Shown here: positions 19,471-28,919 of the stretch, piece by piece
Numbering within the stretch: the stretch's first letter is position 1
Layout: every line of letters starts with the position of its first letter
The notes under the pieces: model-generated
What the model was told of the DNA's origin: nothing
The model's database searches: none
What the model saw: the letters and a program-made list of their open reading frames with translations, nothing else
Position numbers and translations under genes: made by a program
Virus record (IMG/VR): IMGVR_UViG_3300020306_000003
Location: 1 to 42,936 of that record
DNA length: 42,936 nt
Origin: a virus
Lineage: Duplodnaviria > Caudoviricetes
Reading direction: 5' to 3' (one strand)

Positions 19471-22400
19471 TGTCTAGTTGCGACGAATTATTCCAAGAAC
19501 GTCAACGCCTTATTCAAGAGAAGGCAAAAAATGATGCTGATCTAGCAAGGATTAGAGGTATTCAGCAATCAAACTTACCTCCAGATGATGCTCTTAAAAA
19601 AGATCTTTCTGGGAAGTTTGCTGATGATATGCAAGAGATCCAAGATAGTGGAGAGATAGGAAGAAATATAGAAAATGCAAGTGATGTTGATGTCAGTATT
19701 CCTCAAGGTCAGCCAACTAATTACGTTCAGCTATTAAGAACTAATCCAAAAGGAGTCGTCGAAGATTTTGCATTAATGAATAAAACTCTGCAAAAGAGTG
19801 GGCAAAGATTAATGCCTGAAGAATGGAAGTTTTTGAATACAGATGTTAATGAATCAGCTCAAGAAGTAGCAGAGACTTTGGGAAATGATATTTCTAAGGA
19901 AAATGTTTTAGGTCTTTTAGAAAGAAATTCAAATTCGTTTAATGGTGCAGTTGAAAAGCTCTTAAGAGTGAGAGCTATGTATCAAGTTAGTCATAGAGAG
20001 TTGATTAATAAAATTAGTGAGATATTCGACTTTATGCAGAGGAATGATATTCCTCAAGCTGTATCAAATCAGTTGTTAGATGAGGCTCTTGATTTATATA
20101 AAATCTCTTTAATGACAGAGAGACAATATGACTTTATAAGAAATACTTGGTCAAACATGGGTAAAGCCATGCAGGGCAGAGGGTATCAGGATTTAGATCT
20201 TGATCTTGTTTCTAAAGGAGCTGCGGAAAATATAGATGATTCAATTGATGCTCCAAATGTTCAGGCTGCAAGAGATATGAAGCCTGAAGATTTTAGTGAA
20301 GAATCTCCAATAGCAAGAGTTCTAGCTGCGGCTGATTTATTTAAGTCAAATAGAAAAGAATCTCTTATTCAAATGGAGATGGCTCTGGGAGATATAAGGA
20401 TTAAAGGAGTTGATTATTTCAAACATTACGATCCAAAGACTTGGCAAGACAAGAGGATGAGAACTAGGAATTTAGTGGCGAAAGATTGGCAATTAATGAA
20501 TTTAAGAACTCAATTATTAAATGTTAATTCCAATGCTGTCTTAGCAATCTTCGGCCCAGCTCGAAAGATGTACGAAGAGGCTGCATATATTCCTTGGGGA
20601 ACTAAGGATATGAAACCTTATCGAGATGTATTGGAAGCCCATTTTGCTGGATATGGTGCGGCAATAAGAAAATTAAGAGATTCATGGAAAGAAGTTTTCA
20701 TGGATGCTATGAGTAATAAATCAATGCACTTTTCTGGAGCTGCGGATCATTATGGTAAATATCATGAGCCAACAGATTTACAGTTAATAAAACTAAGAGA
20801 TCAAAGAGATTACAGACCAAGATCAAAGAGAGGAAGAATAAAACAGTTATTGAATCCTTTGTATTACACAGGCAGTAGTTCAGCAGCTTTAAAAATATGG
20901 ATGTATGAGAAGACAGGAAATCCCGCTGCTCTTCGTCCAGCTCTTAATGCTTTATCTGCTGTAGATAATGTCGCTGGATTCTTCTTTCATAATTACTCGG
21001 TTAGATTTGACCTTGAGATGAAAGCAAGGAAGTCAGGTGTTCAACTTGGTTTAACAGATGTTGATGGAAATTTAAGTCAGCAGAAAATAGATGATTGGAT
21101 AAATACTGAGATGAAAAATAATTTTTATAGCAATCAAGTAACAGAAGATATGGTTAAACAGTATCGAAAAGATAATGGTTTGCCCCCAGAGATGATGGGT
21201 GACGTAGAGATAGAAGATGCAATTAGAGAAGAGTTTGTAGCTAACACTTACGGGGCTCCATTCATGGGAGCTGCGGAGGCTCAAGACGCTGCTCGTTTTA
21301 GTGAAGAATTACGCTTCCAAAATAAACCTAGTGATCAAAATCCTGGGAAGACAGCGTATGAAACGATGATGAAATTGAAGAGAGAAAGTTGGGTTGCTGA
21401 TTTAGCTTTTCCTTACATGCAAGCACCATTCATGGGTGAAAGTATGGATTGGTCTTGGACTCCATTTGGAACTTTAAGAGATGCTATTAACTACGAAAAA
21501 TTAAATCCAGCCGAACAAAGAAGAGCAAAATCAAATGCAATTATGATGGGTCATGTCATGGCTATATATGGGATGTTAAGTGCCAATAACTTGATTGTTG
21601 GCAATGGCCCTCCTGAATATATGTTTAAGGAAAGAGCTGAGTGGTTAAGGGATTTAGAACAAAAAGGATTAAAGCCAAATTCAATTGGTGGTGTTCCTTT
21701 AATTGGTGGTATTCCAGTTATTAGTTCACTCTTTTTATTAGAAGATTTTCGTTTTGCTGCACAACACGCTTTGATAACTGATCGTGATAAATATAATTTA
21801 TTAGATGCAATCTTTATGGTTGGATTTGGTAGCATTTCAAGGAAAACTGCGGTAGGAAATGTTAAACAATTGTTTGAAGTTATTTTTCCTGAGACTGCTG
21901 CTGGATTTGGTCAGCAAATGTCACGATATACAGGGTATTTAATGCAGGGACAAATGGCTGGATCTGGGCCACTTAGAGAAGCATCAAGATTATTAAATGC
22001 AAAACAAAGTCAGGTCTACACAGAAAGACCTATGACCGCAGAAGAAACAGATTTATTTGAACCTGGCTTCTTAGAAAGGACAGAGAGATATGTAAGAAAT
22101 GAAATAGCTTATAACCTCCTTCCAGGTAGTCCTTTCTTCGGTGGTAAGTTTAAAGAGAAGGATTGGTTAGGCACAAAGATAAGATTATCTTGGGGTGAAA
22201 ATTTAGGTCGTTATATGCAACATAGGTTCTTCCCAAGAGAACATCCAAATGACAAAGTTTATGCAGAATTAAATCATTTAAATCTGTTAAATCCTCCAGG
22301 GCCGTTAATGACTAAGACGTTAGAAGGAGTGCCAATGAGTGATGACTTACAGCAGCTATATAACCAGACTTATGGTTCAACTGTAGGTAACAAAGAAACT

Positions 22401-22871
22401 GCTTTTTTAAATATTAAAAAGAAAATAGTTATTAGTCCTGATACTACTCAAACTAAGATTATTAAATCAGGGCCGTTAGCTGGACAGGCAGTATCAGTAA
22501 AAGGGAAGAAATCGACAATTGATATGTCTACCATTTTAGCTAAACATGTAGAAGGCAAAACTCCTATTGAAGCGTTTAGGTCATTGATGAATGATCCTAA
22601 ATACATTGCACTTAAGAAGAACAAATCTACAACTACGGTTCAGGAAATTGTTAACAAAGAAATAAAAGAAGTACAGAAGGAGCTGCCCTACGTCTTAATG
22701 CAAGAAATTAAAAATTATTATGCTCAATTAACTATTAATCAGTTAAATCTAAGTGAAGAGGGTTCTGCTGTGAAATGGAGAGAACGCCGTGATTTATATA
22801 GTGCAACACGCCAGCAGAAGAGAACTGACGATTCAAGTGCAGCAGCAAAGATTCTTTCAGGAATAAAGTGA
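19470..22871 (+). CDS. Large internal virion protein (gp16-like position)
   Basis: 1133 aa, coupled to the upstream gene, precedes the tail fibre; hydrophobic segments as in gp16-type proteins. Confidence 0.7.
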   Translation: MSSCDELFQERQRLIQEKAKNDADLARIRGIQQSNLPPDDALKKDLSGKFADDMQEIQDSGEIGRNIENASDVDVSIPQGQPTNYVQLLRTNPKGVVEDFALMNKTLQKSGQRLMPEEWKFLNTDVNESAQEVAETLGNDISKENVLGLLERNSNSFNGAVEKLLRVRAMYQVSHRELINKISEIFDFMQRNDIPQAVSNQLLDEALDLYKISLMTERQYDFIRNTWSNMGKAMQGRGYQDLDLDLVSKGAAENIDDSIDAPNVQAARDMKPEDFSEESPIARVLAAADLFKSNRKESLIQMEMALGDIRIKGVDYFKHYDPKTWQDKRMRTRNLVAKDWQLMNLRTQLLNVNSNAVLAIFGPARKMYEEAAYIPWGTKDMKPYRDVLEAHFAGYGAAIRKLRDSWKEVFMDAMSNKSMHFSGAADHYGKYHEPTDLQLIKLRDQRDYRPRSKRGRIKQLLNPLYYTGSSSAALKIWMYEKTGNPAALRPALNALSAVDNVAGFFFHNYSVRFDLEMKARKSGVQLGLTDVDGNLSQQKIDDWINTEMKNNFYSNQVTEDMVKQYRKDNGLPPEMMGDVEIEDAIREEFVANTYGAPFMGAAEAQDAARFSEELRFQNKPSDQNPGKTAYETMMKLKRESWVADLAFPYMQAPFMGESMDWSWTPFGTLRDAINYEKLNPAEQRRAKSNAIMMGHVMAIYGMLSANNLIVGNGPPEYMFKERAEWLRDLEQKGLKPNSIGGVPLIGGIPVISSLFLLEDFRFAAQHALITDRDKYNLLDAIFMVGFGSISRKTAVGNVKQLFEVIFPETAAGFGQQMSRYTGYLMQGQMAGSGPLREASRLLNAKQSQVYTERPMTAEETDLFEPGFLERTERYVRNEIAYNLLPGSPFFGGKFKEKDWLGTKIRLSWGENLGRYMQHRFFPREHPNDKVYAELNHLNLLNPPGPLMTKTLEGVPMSDDLQQLYNQTYGSTVGNKETAFLNIKKKIVISPDTTQTKIIKSGPLAGQAVSVKGKKSTIDMSTILAKHVEGKTPIEAFRSLMNDPKYIALKKNKSTTTVQEIVNKEIKEVQKELPYVLMQEIKNYYAQLTINQLNLSEEGSAVKWRERRDLYSATRQQKRTDDSSAAAKILSGIK

Positions 22872-22907
22872 TTCTTTGCAAATTCCGATTAAGCCTTACA
22901 ATAAGGG

Positions 22908-22922
22908 CTACGTCCTCGTAAG
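22908..22922 (+). promoter_or_regulatory. 15-bp motif copy CTACGTCCTCGTAAG
   Basis: 11 nt upstream of the tail fibre ATG; TACAAT ends 5 nt before it. Confidence 0.6.
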
Positions 22923-22933
22923 AGTCCCGCAAG

Positions 22934-24991
22934 ATGGCTGATACCTATGTGCAAGTTACGAATACTGGGCAGACTGTTTTCCCTCTGCCCTTTAGTTCTA
23001 ATTATTTATTGAAGTCTCATGTCAAGGTTTATAAGGGAAGAGATCTATTAGCAGAAACCCAAGACTCAACATTAAGCGACGGAACAGATTATACATTTAC
23101 CAGTGCAACGCAAATAACTCTTACTACTGGTCTTGCGGCTGGAGAAGAGTTAACGATTCAAAGGCAGACACCAAAAGATGCTCAGTTGTCTCCTTGGAGT
23201 GATGGATCAAATTTAACTGCGGAGGCGAAGAATATTGCAGATTTGCAGAATTTATATGTAGTTCAGGAGCAAGCAGATCTAAATGCTTTAGGAGCAACTA
23301 AAGCTATTGCTGCTACGACTGCGAGTAATACGGCGACTCAAACCGCGACTACTGCTACAAACACAGCCGATCTAGCCAAACTTGCTACTGATACTTACGT
23401 CCACGATGGAACAACTGTAAAAGGTGATGGTATTGGTGGGAATCCAATAGGTCTTGCTTTTACTATCAATCAATCAGGACAAGCGAAAATTGATGCTGAT
23501 GCAGCGAAATTAGCTACTGATACTTACGTCCATGACGGAACAAGTCTAAAAGGAGATGGTATTGGTTCTAATCCCCAAGGTGTTAAATATGCGGTTGATC
23601 AAGCTGCTGCTGCTAAGACTGCGACAGATACTTACGTTCACGATGGCACTAGCGTAAAAGGAGATGGTATTGGCGGAAATCCTCAAGGATTGGCCTACGG
23701 AATTGCAACGGCAAATACAGCAAAGACAGCCGTCGATACTTACGTTCACGATGGAACAAGTTTAAAGGGAGATGGGATTGGAGGGAATCCTCAAGGTGTA
23801 AAATATGCAGTTGATACCGCAACGGCGGCAGATGCGTTAGCCAATACCGCAGATGGAAAAGCCACTACATCACTAGATCGAGTTGCTACATATTTGCATG
23901 ACGGCACAAACCCAACAGGCGATGGTATTGGCAGTAATCCACAAGGTTTAGCTTATGGAATTACAACAGCCGATAATGCTAAAACTTCGGCTGATGCAGC
24001 AAAATTAGCCAGCGACAGACTAGTTGCTACGACTTCAAATAATGGAAATACTTGGACGTTAACGGGGAATAATACAAATCCATCAACAGATCCTAAAGGT
24101 GTTGGTTATGCCGTCACAACAGCAGAAGCCGCCAACGTCACAGCAAATGCAGCTTCAGCCACCGCAAATACAGCCCAAGCGGCGGTAGCAAATGCTGTTA
24201 TTTTTTCTCCTGTCACTAATGTTGCAGCCATACCAGCTAGTCCTAGCGATGGTGATTATATAGAAATTGGGAACAGTACAGGGATAGAGTCATTTACTCC
24301 ATTAGCTTCATTACCCAATGGATTTACTGGTGATAGTGGACTAACAGTAAAACTTAAATACACATCAGCAGGATCTACTTGGAATTATTTATCTTATTTT
24401 TCTAATGATTCTGAAGATAGGTATTTAGGTGTTTATGGGAAACATATTCCAACCCATAAAACTTTTATAGTCAAAGTTGTTACAAAGACTTCTGCTCATA
24501 AAGAGCATGGAAATGGCTCTACTCTTGGGTACACAATTGGAGGTATAGAAAGCCCACATCTAGAATTAATTCCTGGCAATGCGTATGTTTTTGATCAACA
24601 AGACGCTAGTAATGCAGGGCATCCAATAGCGTTTTATAAAAATCGAGATAAATCAGGCGGTGCTTATACTGTTGGCACTGCCTCGGTTGGAACCCCAGGT
24701 AGCACTGGTGCTTTAACAACACTTATCGTTAGTGATAACACTGAAAGTTATTTGCATTATGGATGCCAAAACCATGCGTACATGGGCGGCTCTATACAGT
24801 CAAATAATAGTTCTGGTGGTAGTGGTGCAACAGGTGGAGGCATAGATGCTTGGGTAATTGAAAATGAAACTACGGCTACAAGTTCATACGAGTTAAGTGC
24901 AAATAAAAATGCTATGGCTGTTGGGCCGATAGCACTGAATAGTTCGGTGACTATCACCGTTCCTAACAACCAAGTCCTTATTATTTTCTAA
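22934..24991 (+). CDS. Tail fibre protein (T7 gp17-like N-terminus, internal repeats, cupredoxin-like C-terminal region)
   Basis: N-terminal FPLPF..YL...V.V...IQRQT...DGSNLTAE...Q.LYVVQE adaptor pattern. Confidence 0.9.
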   Translation: MADTYVQVTNTGQTVFPLPFSSNYLLKSHVKVYKGRDLLAETQDSTLSDGTDYTFTSATQITLTTGLAAGEELTIQRQTPKDAQLSPWSDGSNLTAEAKNIADLQNLYVVQEQADLNALGATKAIAATTASNTATQTATTATNTADLAKLATDTYVHDGTTVKGDGIGGNPIGLAFTINQSGQAKIDADAAKLATDTYVHDGTSLKGDGIGSNPQGVKYAVDQAAAAKTATDTYVHDGTSVKGDGIGGNPQGLAYGIATANTAKTAVDTYVHDGTSLKGDGIGGNPQGVKYAVDTATAADALANTADGKATTSLDRVATYLHDGTNPTGDGIGSNPQGLAYGITTADNAKTSADAAKLASDRLVATTSNNGNTWTLTGNNTNPSTDPKGVGYAVTTAEAANVTANAASATANTAQAAVANAVIFSPVTNVAAIPASPSDGDYIEIGNSTGIESFTPLASLPNGFTGDSGLTVKLKYTSAGSTWNYLSYFSNDSEDRYLGVYGKHIPTHKTFIVKVVTKTSAHKEHGNGSTLGYTIGGIESPHLELIPGNAYVFDQQDASNAGHPIAFYKNRDKSGGAYTVGTASVGTPGSTGALTTLIVSDNTESYLHYGCQNHAYMGGSIQSNNSSGGSGATGGGIDAWVIENETTATSSYELSANKNAMAVGPIALNSSVTITVPNNQVLIIF
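23383..24120 (+). repeat. Five intragenic repeats of DTYVHDGTxxKGDGIGxNPxG plus one degenerate copy
   Basis: Visible in both protein and DNA (gatacttacgt(c/t)ca(c/t)ga(t/c)gg), with Ala/Thr-rich linkers. Confidence 0.9.
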
Positions 24992-24993
24992 CC

Positions 24994-25833
24994 ATGGCTC
25001 CTTATGGAAAATTAAAAAGTAATACCCTGACTTACGACATAGGTTCAGGGGATACTGATGTCAATATTTCGTTGATACCGCCGTCAACGAATCCATTATT
25101 TAATGGTGAAGTACGTTTTGCCGATAGTGACGCAAGCCATTATACGGCGTTTAAATCGCCTGCCACAGTTACAACAAATGTTGTTTGGACTTTACCAGCA
25201 ACCGATTCAACAGGTACACAGTTTTTAAAATCAGACGGATCGGGAAATCTTGGATGGGCTACTGATGTCTCTTTGACATTGATTGATGAAGACAACATGG
25301 CAACTGATAGTGCCACTGCTGTACCAAGTCAACAATCTGTTAAAGCCTACGTTGATGCTCAAACTTTATCGTTAATTGATGAAGATGATATGGCGACTGA
25401 TAGTGCCACTGCTGTACCAAGTCAACAATCAGTAAAAGCATATGTAGATTCAAATGCTGCGTCTCTCTCTGGAGCAGCTTTCACTGGTGCGGTAACTAAT
25501 ACATCAACATTTTCTGATTCAAAAGGTGATGTAAGAGCAATCCCTTATCACAGTAGTAACTCAACTATAACTCTTACTGCTGCAATGGCAGGAACGGTAG
25601 TCAATGCTCAAGTTTCATGCACTGTCCCTGCGAATGTTTTTTCAACGGGCGACACCGTAACCATAGTCAATGAAGGTGCTGGTAACTGTACGATCTCTCA
25701 GGGTAGTGGATTTACACTTTATAACTCTATCGATGGCACAAGCGGCAACCGAACGCTTGGGCCTAAAGGCATCTGTACTATCTGGTGGAGGACATCAGGT
25801 TACGGATTTATCACAGGAGCAGGATTAAGCTAA
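24994..25833 (+). CDS. Second tail fibre / fibre-associated protein
   Basis: WTLPATD...QFLKSDGSGNLGW fibre motif; internal duplication. Confidence 0.8.
   Translation: MAPYGKLKSNTLTYDIGSGDTDVNISLIPPSTNPLFNGEVRFADSDASHYTAFKSPATVTTNVVWTLPATDSTGTQFLKSDGSGNLGWATDVSLTLIDEDNMATDSATAVPSQQSVKAYVDAQTLSLIDEDDMATDSATAVPSQQSVKAYVDSNAASLSGAAFTGAVTNTSTFSDSKGDVRAIPYHSSNSTITLTAAMAGTVVNAQVSCTVPANVFSTGDTVTIVNEGAGNCTISQGSGFTLYNSIDGTSGNRTLGPKGICTIWWRTSGYGFITGAGLS
25279..25449 (+). repeat. Tandem duplication with 93-nt period encoding LIDEDxMATDSATAVPSQQSVKAYVD twice
   Basis: Copies start at 25279 and 25372. Confidence 0.9.
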
Positions 25834-26801
25834 TGCCTTCACAACAAATGTTTCTCGGAGGTGGAAAGCCACCAGCCGATGTTGGGCAAGATACCTACAC
25901 AACTCCAGGCTCATACACTTGGACATGTCCATCTAACACAGAATTTATTTCTGTCTTTGTGTGTAGTGGTGGAGGTGCTGGAGGAGGTAATGCTCAACAA
26001 TGGAGCTATGGAGGCGGTGGTCAAGGTGGTAGCACCGCTTGGAGGAACTCGTTAGCAGTTACGCCTGGTGCAAGTTATACGGTTGTCGTAGGTGCTGGAG
26101 GCAGTCAATCTAATGGAGGCGATTCATACTTTAATGGTACAAATACTGCAGCTAATAATGTAAAAGCTAAGGGTGGCTACCGAGGGGAGTCAAGTTCTAG
26201 TGGTAGCACTAATGATTCTAATTACTCTGCTATAGGCCACACTAATGCTTTTTCAGGTGATACAGGTGGTATTGGATACGGTGGAAGAGGAGGAAAAGGT
26301 GGTCATGGCGGCGGCGGCGGCTGTGCTGGTTATGGCGGTAATGGTGGTTATGGTGCTCGTACAAATGCTACTAACTGGGTTTCTTGGGAGCAATATGTTG
26401 GGCAAGGAGGTAATTATGTATATACCCCAAGTTGCGGATATAACGGCGGCGGCGGCGGCGGTCATTATAGATGGGGGTCGCATTACGGCAACTCAGGAGG
26501 TGCTGGAGGTGGTATAGGTATATACGGAAGAGGAGGTAATGGGTGCCCACATGCAGGAGGTGGCAACAACCCAGGGAGTAGTGATTACAATTGGGGATAC
26601 GGTGGCTACGGCGGTTCTGGTGGTGCTTCTGGTGGTCATGGAGCTTATGGTTCTGCTGGTGATGGTGGAAATTACGGCGGCGGCGGTGGTGGGTCAGGTG
26701 GCCTTACTGATGCTGGCGGTGATGGCGGTGATGGTTTTGTCAGAATCCTATATCCAGGTGATCTAAGACAATATCCCACTACTCGTACAGGTAACGAATA
26801 A
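25833..26801 (+). CDS. Glycine-rich putative receptor-binding (adhesin-like) protein
   Basis: Many GGGGG/GGxGG runs; YTTPGSYTWTCP start and GGDGFVRI end; ATG 25833 (TAATG overlap) preferred to 25785. Confidence 0.8.
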   Translation: MPSQQMFLGGGKPPADVGQDTYTTPGSYTWTCPSNTEFISVFVCSGGGAGGGNAQQWSYGGGGQGGSTAWRNSLAVTPGASYTVVVGAGGSQSNGGDSYFNGTNTAANNVKAKGGYRGESSSSGSTNDSNYSAIGHTNAFSGDTGGIGYGGRGGKGGHGGGGGCAGYGGNGGYGARTNATNWVSWEQYVGQGGNYVYTPSCGYNGGGGGGHYRWGSHYGNSGGAGGGIGIYGRGGNGCPHAGGGNNPGSSDYNWGYGGYGGSGGASGGHGAYGSAGDGGNYGGGGGGSGGLTDAGGDGGDGFVRILYPGDLRQYPTTRTGNE

Positions 26802-27355
26802 TGGATCGTTTATTTATCAAAGTTGATAGCTCTAATACACCTATCAACGGTATTCATCCAAGTTGGGAATCTAATTTAAGGAGTTGTTTCCCTGAACATG
26901 ATTGGACTAGTGATGCACCTCCTACGGGTTATAAACTTTTTGAAAGAGTAGCTAAACCATCAATCGGAATTTATCAAAAATTTAAAGAAGAAATTGGTGC
27001 AGACATCGCAGGTGCTTTTGATCACAACGGATTGGAATATAAATATTTTCCTGATACAGACAAGGTAACAGATGTATGGCATTACAGAGATATGACTGAT
27101 GTTGAAAAACAAGCAAAGCAAGATGCAGTTAAAGATTCATGGAAAGTAGATGGTTACGCTTCATGGATTTTTGATGAGACTATTTGTGACTTTAGACCTC
27201 CTGTAGATTATCCATCTGACAACAAAATACATGCATGGAAAGAGTCAACTCAAGAATGGGTTCAATTCCCTTACAACGAAGACGAAAAATACTATGAATG
27301 GGATAAGACAAATGAATTATGGAAAGAAGTAGTTGAGGAAAAACCACCAGAGTAA
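26801..27355 (+). CDS. Putative tail fibre assembly/accessory protein
   Basis: SWIFDE...PPVDYP...W.E..QEW pattern; follows the glycine-rich gene. Confidence 0.65.
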   Translation: MDRLFIKVDSSNTPINGIHPSWESNLRSCFPEHDWTSDAPPTGYKLFERVAKPSIGIYQKFKEEIGADIAGAFDHNGLEYKYFPDTDKVTDVWHYRDMTDVEKQAKQDAVKDSWKVDGYASWIFDETICDFRPPVDYPSDNKIHAWKESTQEWVQFPYNEDEKYYEWDKTNELWKEVVEEKPPE

Positions 27356-27392
27356 TTGATTTGCATAGTTAATAAGAACAGCTAGGCTATAT

Positions 27393-27407
27393 CTACACGG
27401 CCGTAGA
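27393..27407 (+). promoter_or_regulatory. 15-bp motif copy CTACACGGCCGTAGA
   Basis: 4 nt upstream of ATG 27412; perfect TCTAC-N6-GTAGA dyad. Confidence 0.55.
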
Positions 27408-27411
27408 ATTA

Positions 27412-27612
27412 ATGCTTCAAAAAATCTGTAATGCTATGTCAGTAGCATCATTTGTTATGTCCTTAATGGTCGTAACTGCTGGAGGAGTGATGTATATGAA
27501 ACGAGTTGAATTTATGAATAATATGATGCTTAATCTGCAAGATCAAATGGTCGATGTTATTCAAAATCAAATAAAAATGCCTGGCAAAACTGGTCCAGCT
27601 CTACCTTTCTAA
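27412..27612 (+). CDS. Small membrane-anchored cyanophage-type protein
   Basis: N-terminal hydrophobic helix; ends MPGKTGPALPF. Confidence 0.75.
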   Translation: MLQKICNAMSVASFVMSLMVVTAGGVMYMKRVEFMNNMMLNLQDQMVDVIQNQIKMPGKTGPALPF

Positions 27613-28127
27613 TGAAAGAGTATTTTCTACCTGGACTACTAGGAATAGGGCTGATTTCTAGTAACTTAATGTCCTTAAATCTATTGTCTAATGCCAGTAA
27701 AGATGGCATACCCGATTTAGCTCGACTCCAAACGACTGAGAACTCGGCAAGTCAACTGCGATACAACCGTTCTGAGTCTGGTGATTTAGAGGTAGTAGTT
27801 ACACATAACATGCACCAGCCTAAAACAACTTTGCATAGCACAGAGAAAACTCGGTGGAACGGAAAAACTGACTATATAAGAAAAGAATATATTGCTCATC
27901 ATCCTGTAGATAGTGCAAGGCTTACATCTGAATACCTCGCTTGCATTAAGGATAAAGGCAGTGCCGAATCTCAGGGAGAGATAGTTGGAACCTCACTAAT
28001 TTCGGCAACTCCAGCGGGAAGCACGTTGTCTGGAATCCCTGTGGTGGGCTGGATTGCTAATGCACTCGCCACCAAAAAGGCAGGCCAGTTAGGGAAAGAG
28101 ATAGGTGGCGACTTCGTAGATTGCTAA
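27612..28127 (+). CDS. Membrane/exported protein with a glycine-zipper-like C-terminus
   Basis: Hydrophobic N-terminus; LSGIPVVGW...GQLGKEIG. Confidence 0.75.
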   Translation: MKEYFLPGLLGIGLISSNLMSLNLLSNASKDGIPDLARLQTTENSASQLRYNRSESGDLEVVVTHNMHQPKTTLHSTEKTRWNGKTDYIRKEYIAHHPVDSARLTSEYLACIKDKGSAESQGEIVGTSLISATPAGSTLSGIPVVGWIANALATKKAGQLGKEIGGDFVDC

Positions 28128-28919
28128 GTGGAAATTGAAGAGATAGGTATCAGGGAAATTCCTGATGCTTCTATTGATACAACAATAATTCGTACATCTA
28201 ACCCACAGATACCTAGCAATATAGGTTTCCCAGTTATCCAAATGCCTGGGTGTGTAAGAGCTAGGACGTTAAAAAATAAAAATCTTGTAGAAAATGATGA
28301 ACGTGGAAATCTAATAATCTGCGACGGCAATGTACCGACCCTTGAAAGCATGGCTGTTGATTGGGATGGATTGTCTACTGTTGCTCCATTAAAAGAAGAA
28401 ACAAAAATAGTTCCTCCTACTCCTAATTTAAAAACACCAAAAACGAAAACTAAAAAAGAAGAGAATAATCAAAAAACTGAGAGTCTTTCTAAAGGCTTGG
28501 AGCTGCCAAAGATTGACCTAACAGGAATAAACCAAACCATTGATCTTCCATGTCCTCGCCCTGGCTCACCTCCCCCTGGGGCAGTAGGAAAATTCTCAAC
28601 TAAGGTTGTTTTACGCTATGAAAAGAATGGTGATTTATGTGAAACCATTTATCAAGACAGAGCATTATTTGATGTCATTAATTCATACACGCCACCGCCA
28701 AGTACCCTCGTAAACACATCGACAATAGCTATCACTTCTGTTGTTGGTGTAACTGTGATTGGACAACCCCTAGCCAAATTCTTTCAAAAGCAATTAAAGG
28801 GGCAAATTAAAAAGTTTTCTAAGAAAATTACAAAAAAGTTATTAGCTATTCGGGGGAAGAAGGAGAAGATAAAGAGCCTCGCTGAAAGGAGAAAGGAACA
28901 GAGGGACTCTCGGAAGTAA
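28128..28919 (+). CDS. Hypothetical cyanophage-type protein with a late TM segment and basic tail
   Basis: IGFPVIQMPGCV, Cys pairs, hydrophobic segment then K/R-rich end. Confidence 0.75.
   Translation: MEIEEIGIREIPDASIDTTIIRTSNPQIPSNIGFPVIQMPGCVRARTLKNKNLVENDERGNLIICDGNVPTLESMAVDWDGLSTVAPLKEETKIVPPTPNLKTPKTKTKKEENNQKTESLSKGLELPKIDLTGINQTIDLPCPRPGSPPPGAVGKFSTKVVLRYEKNGDLCETIYQDRALFDVINSYTPPPSTLVNTSTIAITSVVGVTVIGQPLAKFFQKQLKGQIKKFSKKITKKLLAIRGKKEKIKSLAERRKEQRDSRK

Noticed and set aside
26300-26700. GGC trinucleotide runs as contingency repeats
   Set aside because: They are in-frame glycine codons of the glycine-rich protein
4475-26766. Short antisense or alternate-frame ORFs inside structural genes (e.g. 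4475-4705, 9946-10212, 15903-16256, 16695-17132, 19062-19388, 26245-26517)
   Set aside because: Fully nested in well-supported genes with no motifs or start signals; treated as shadow ORFs
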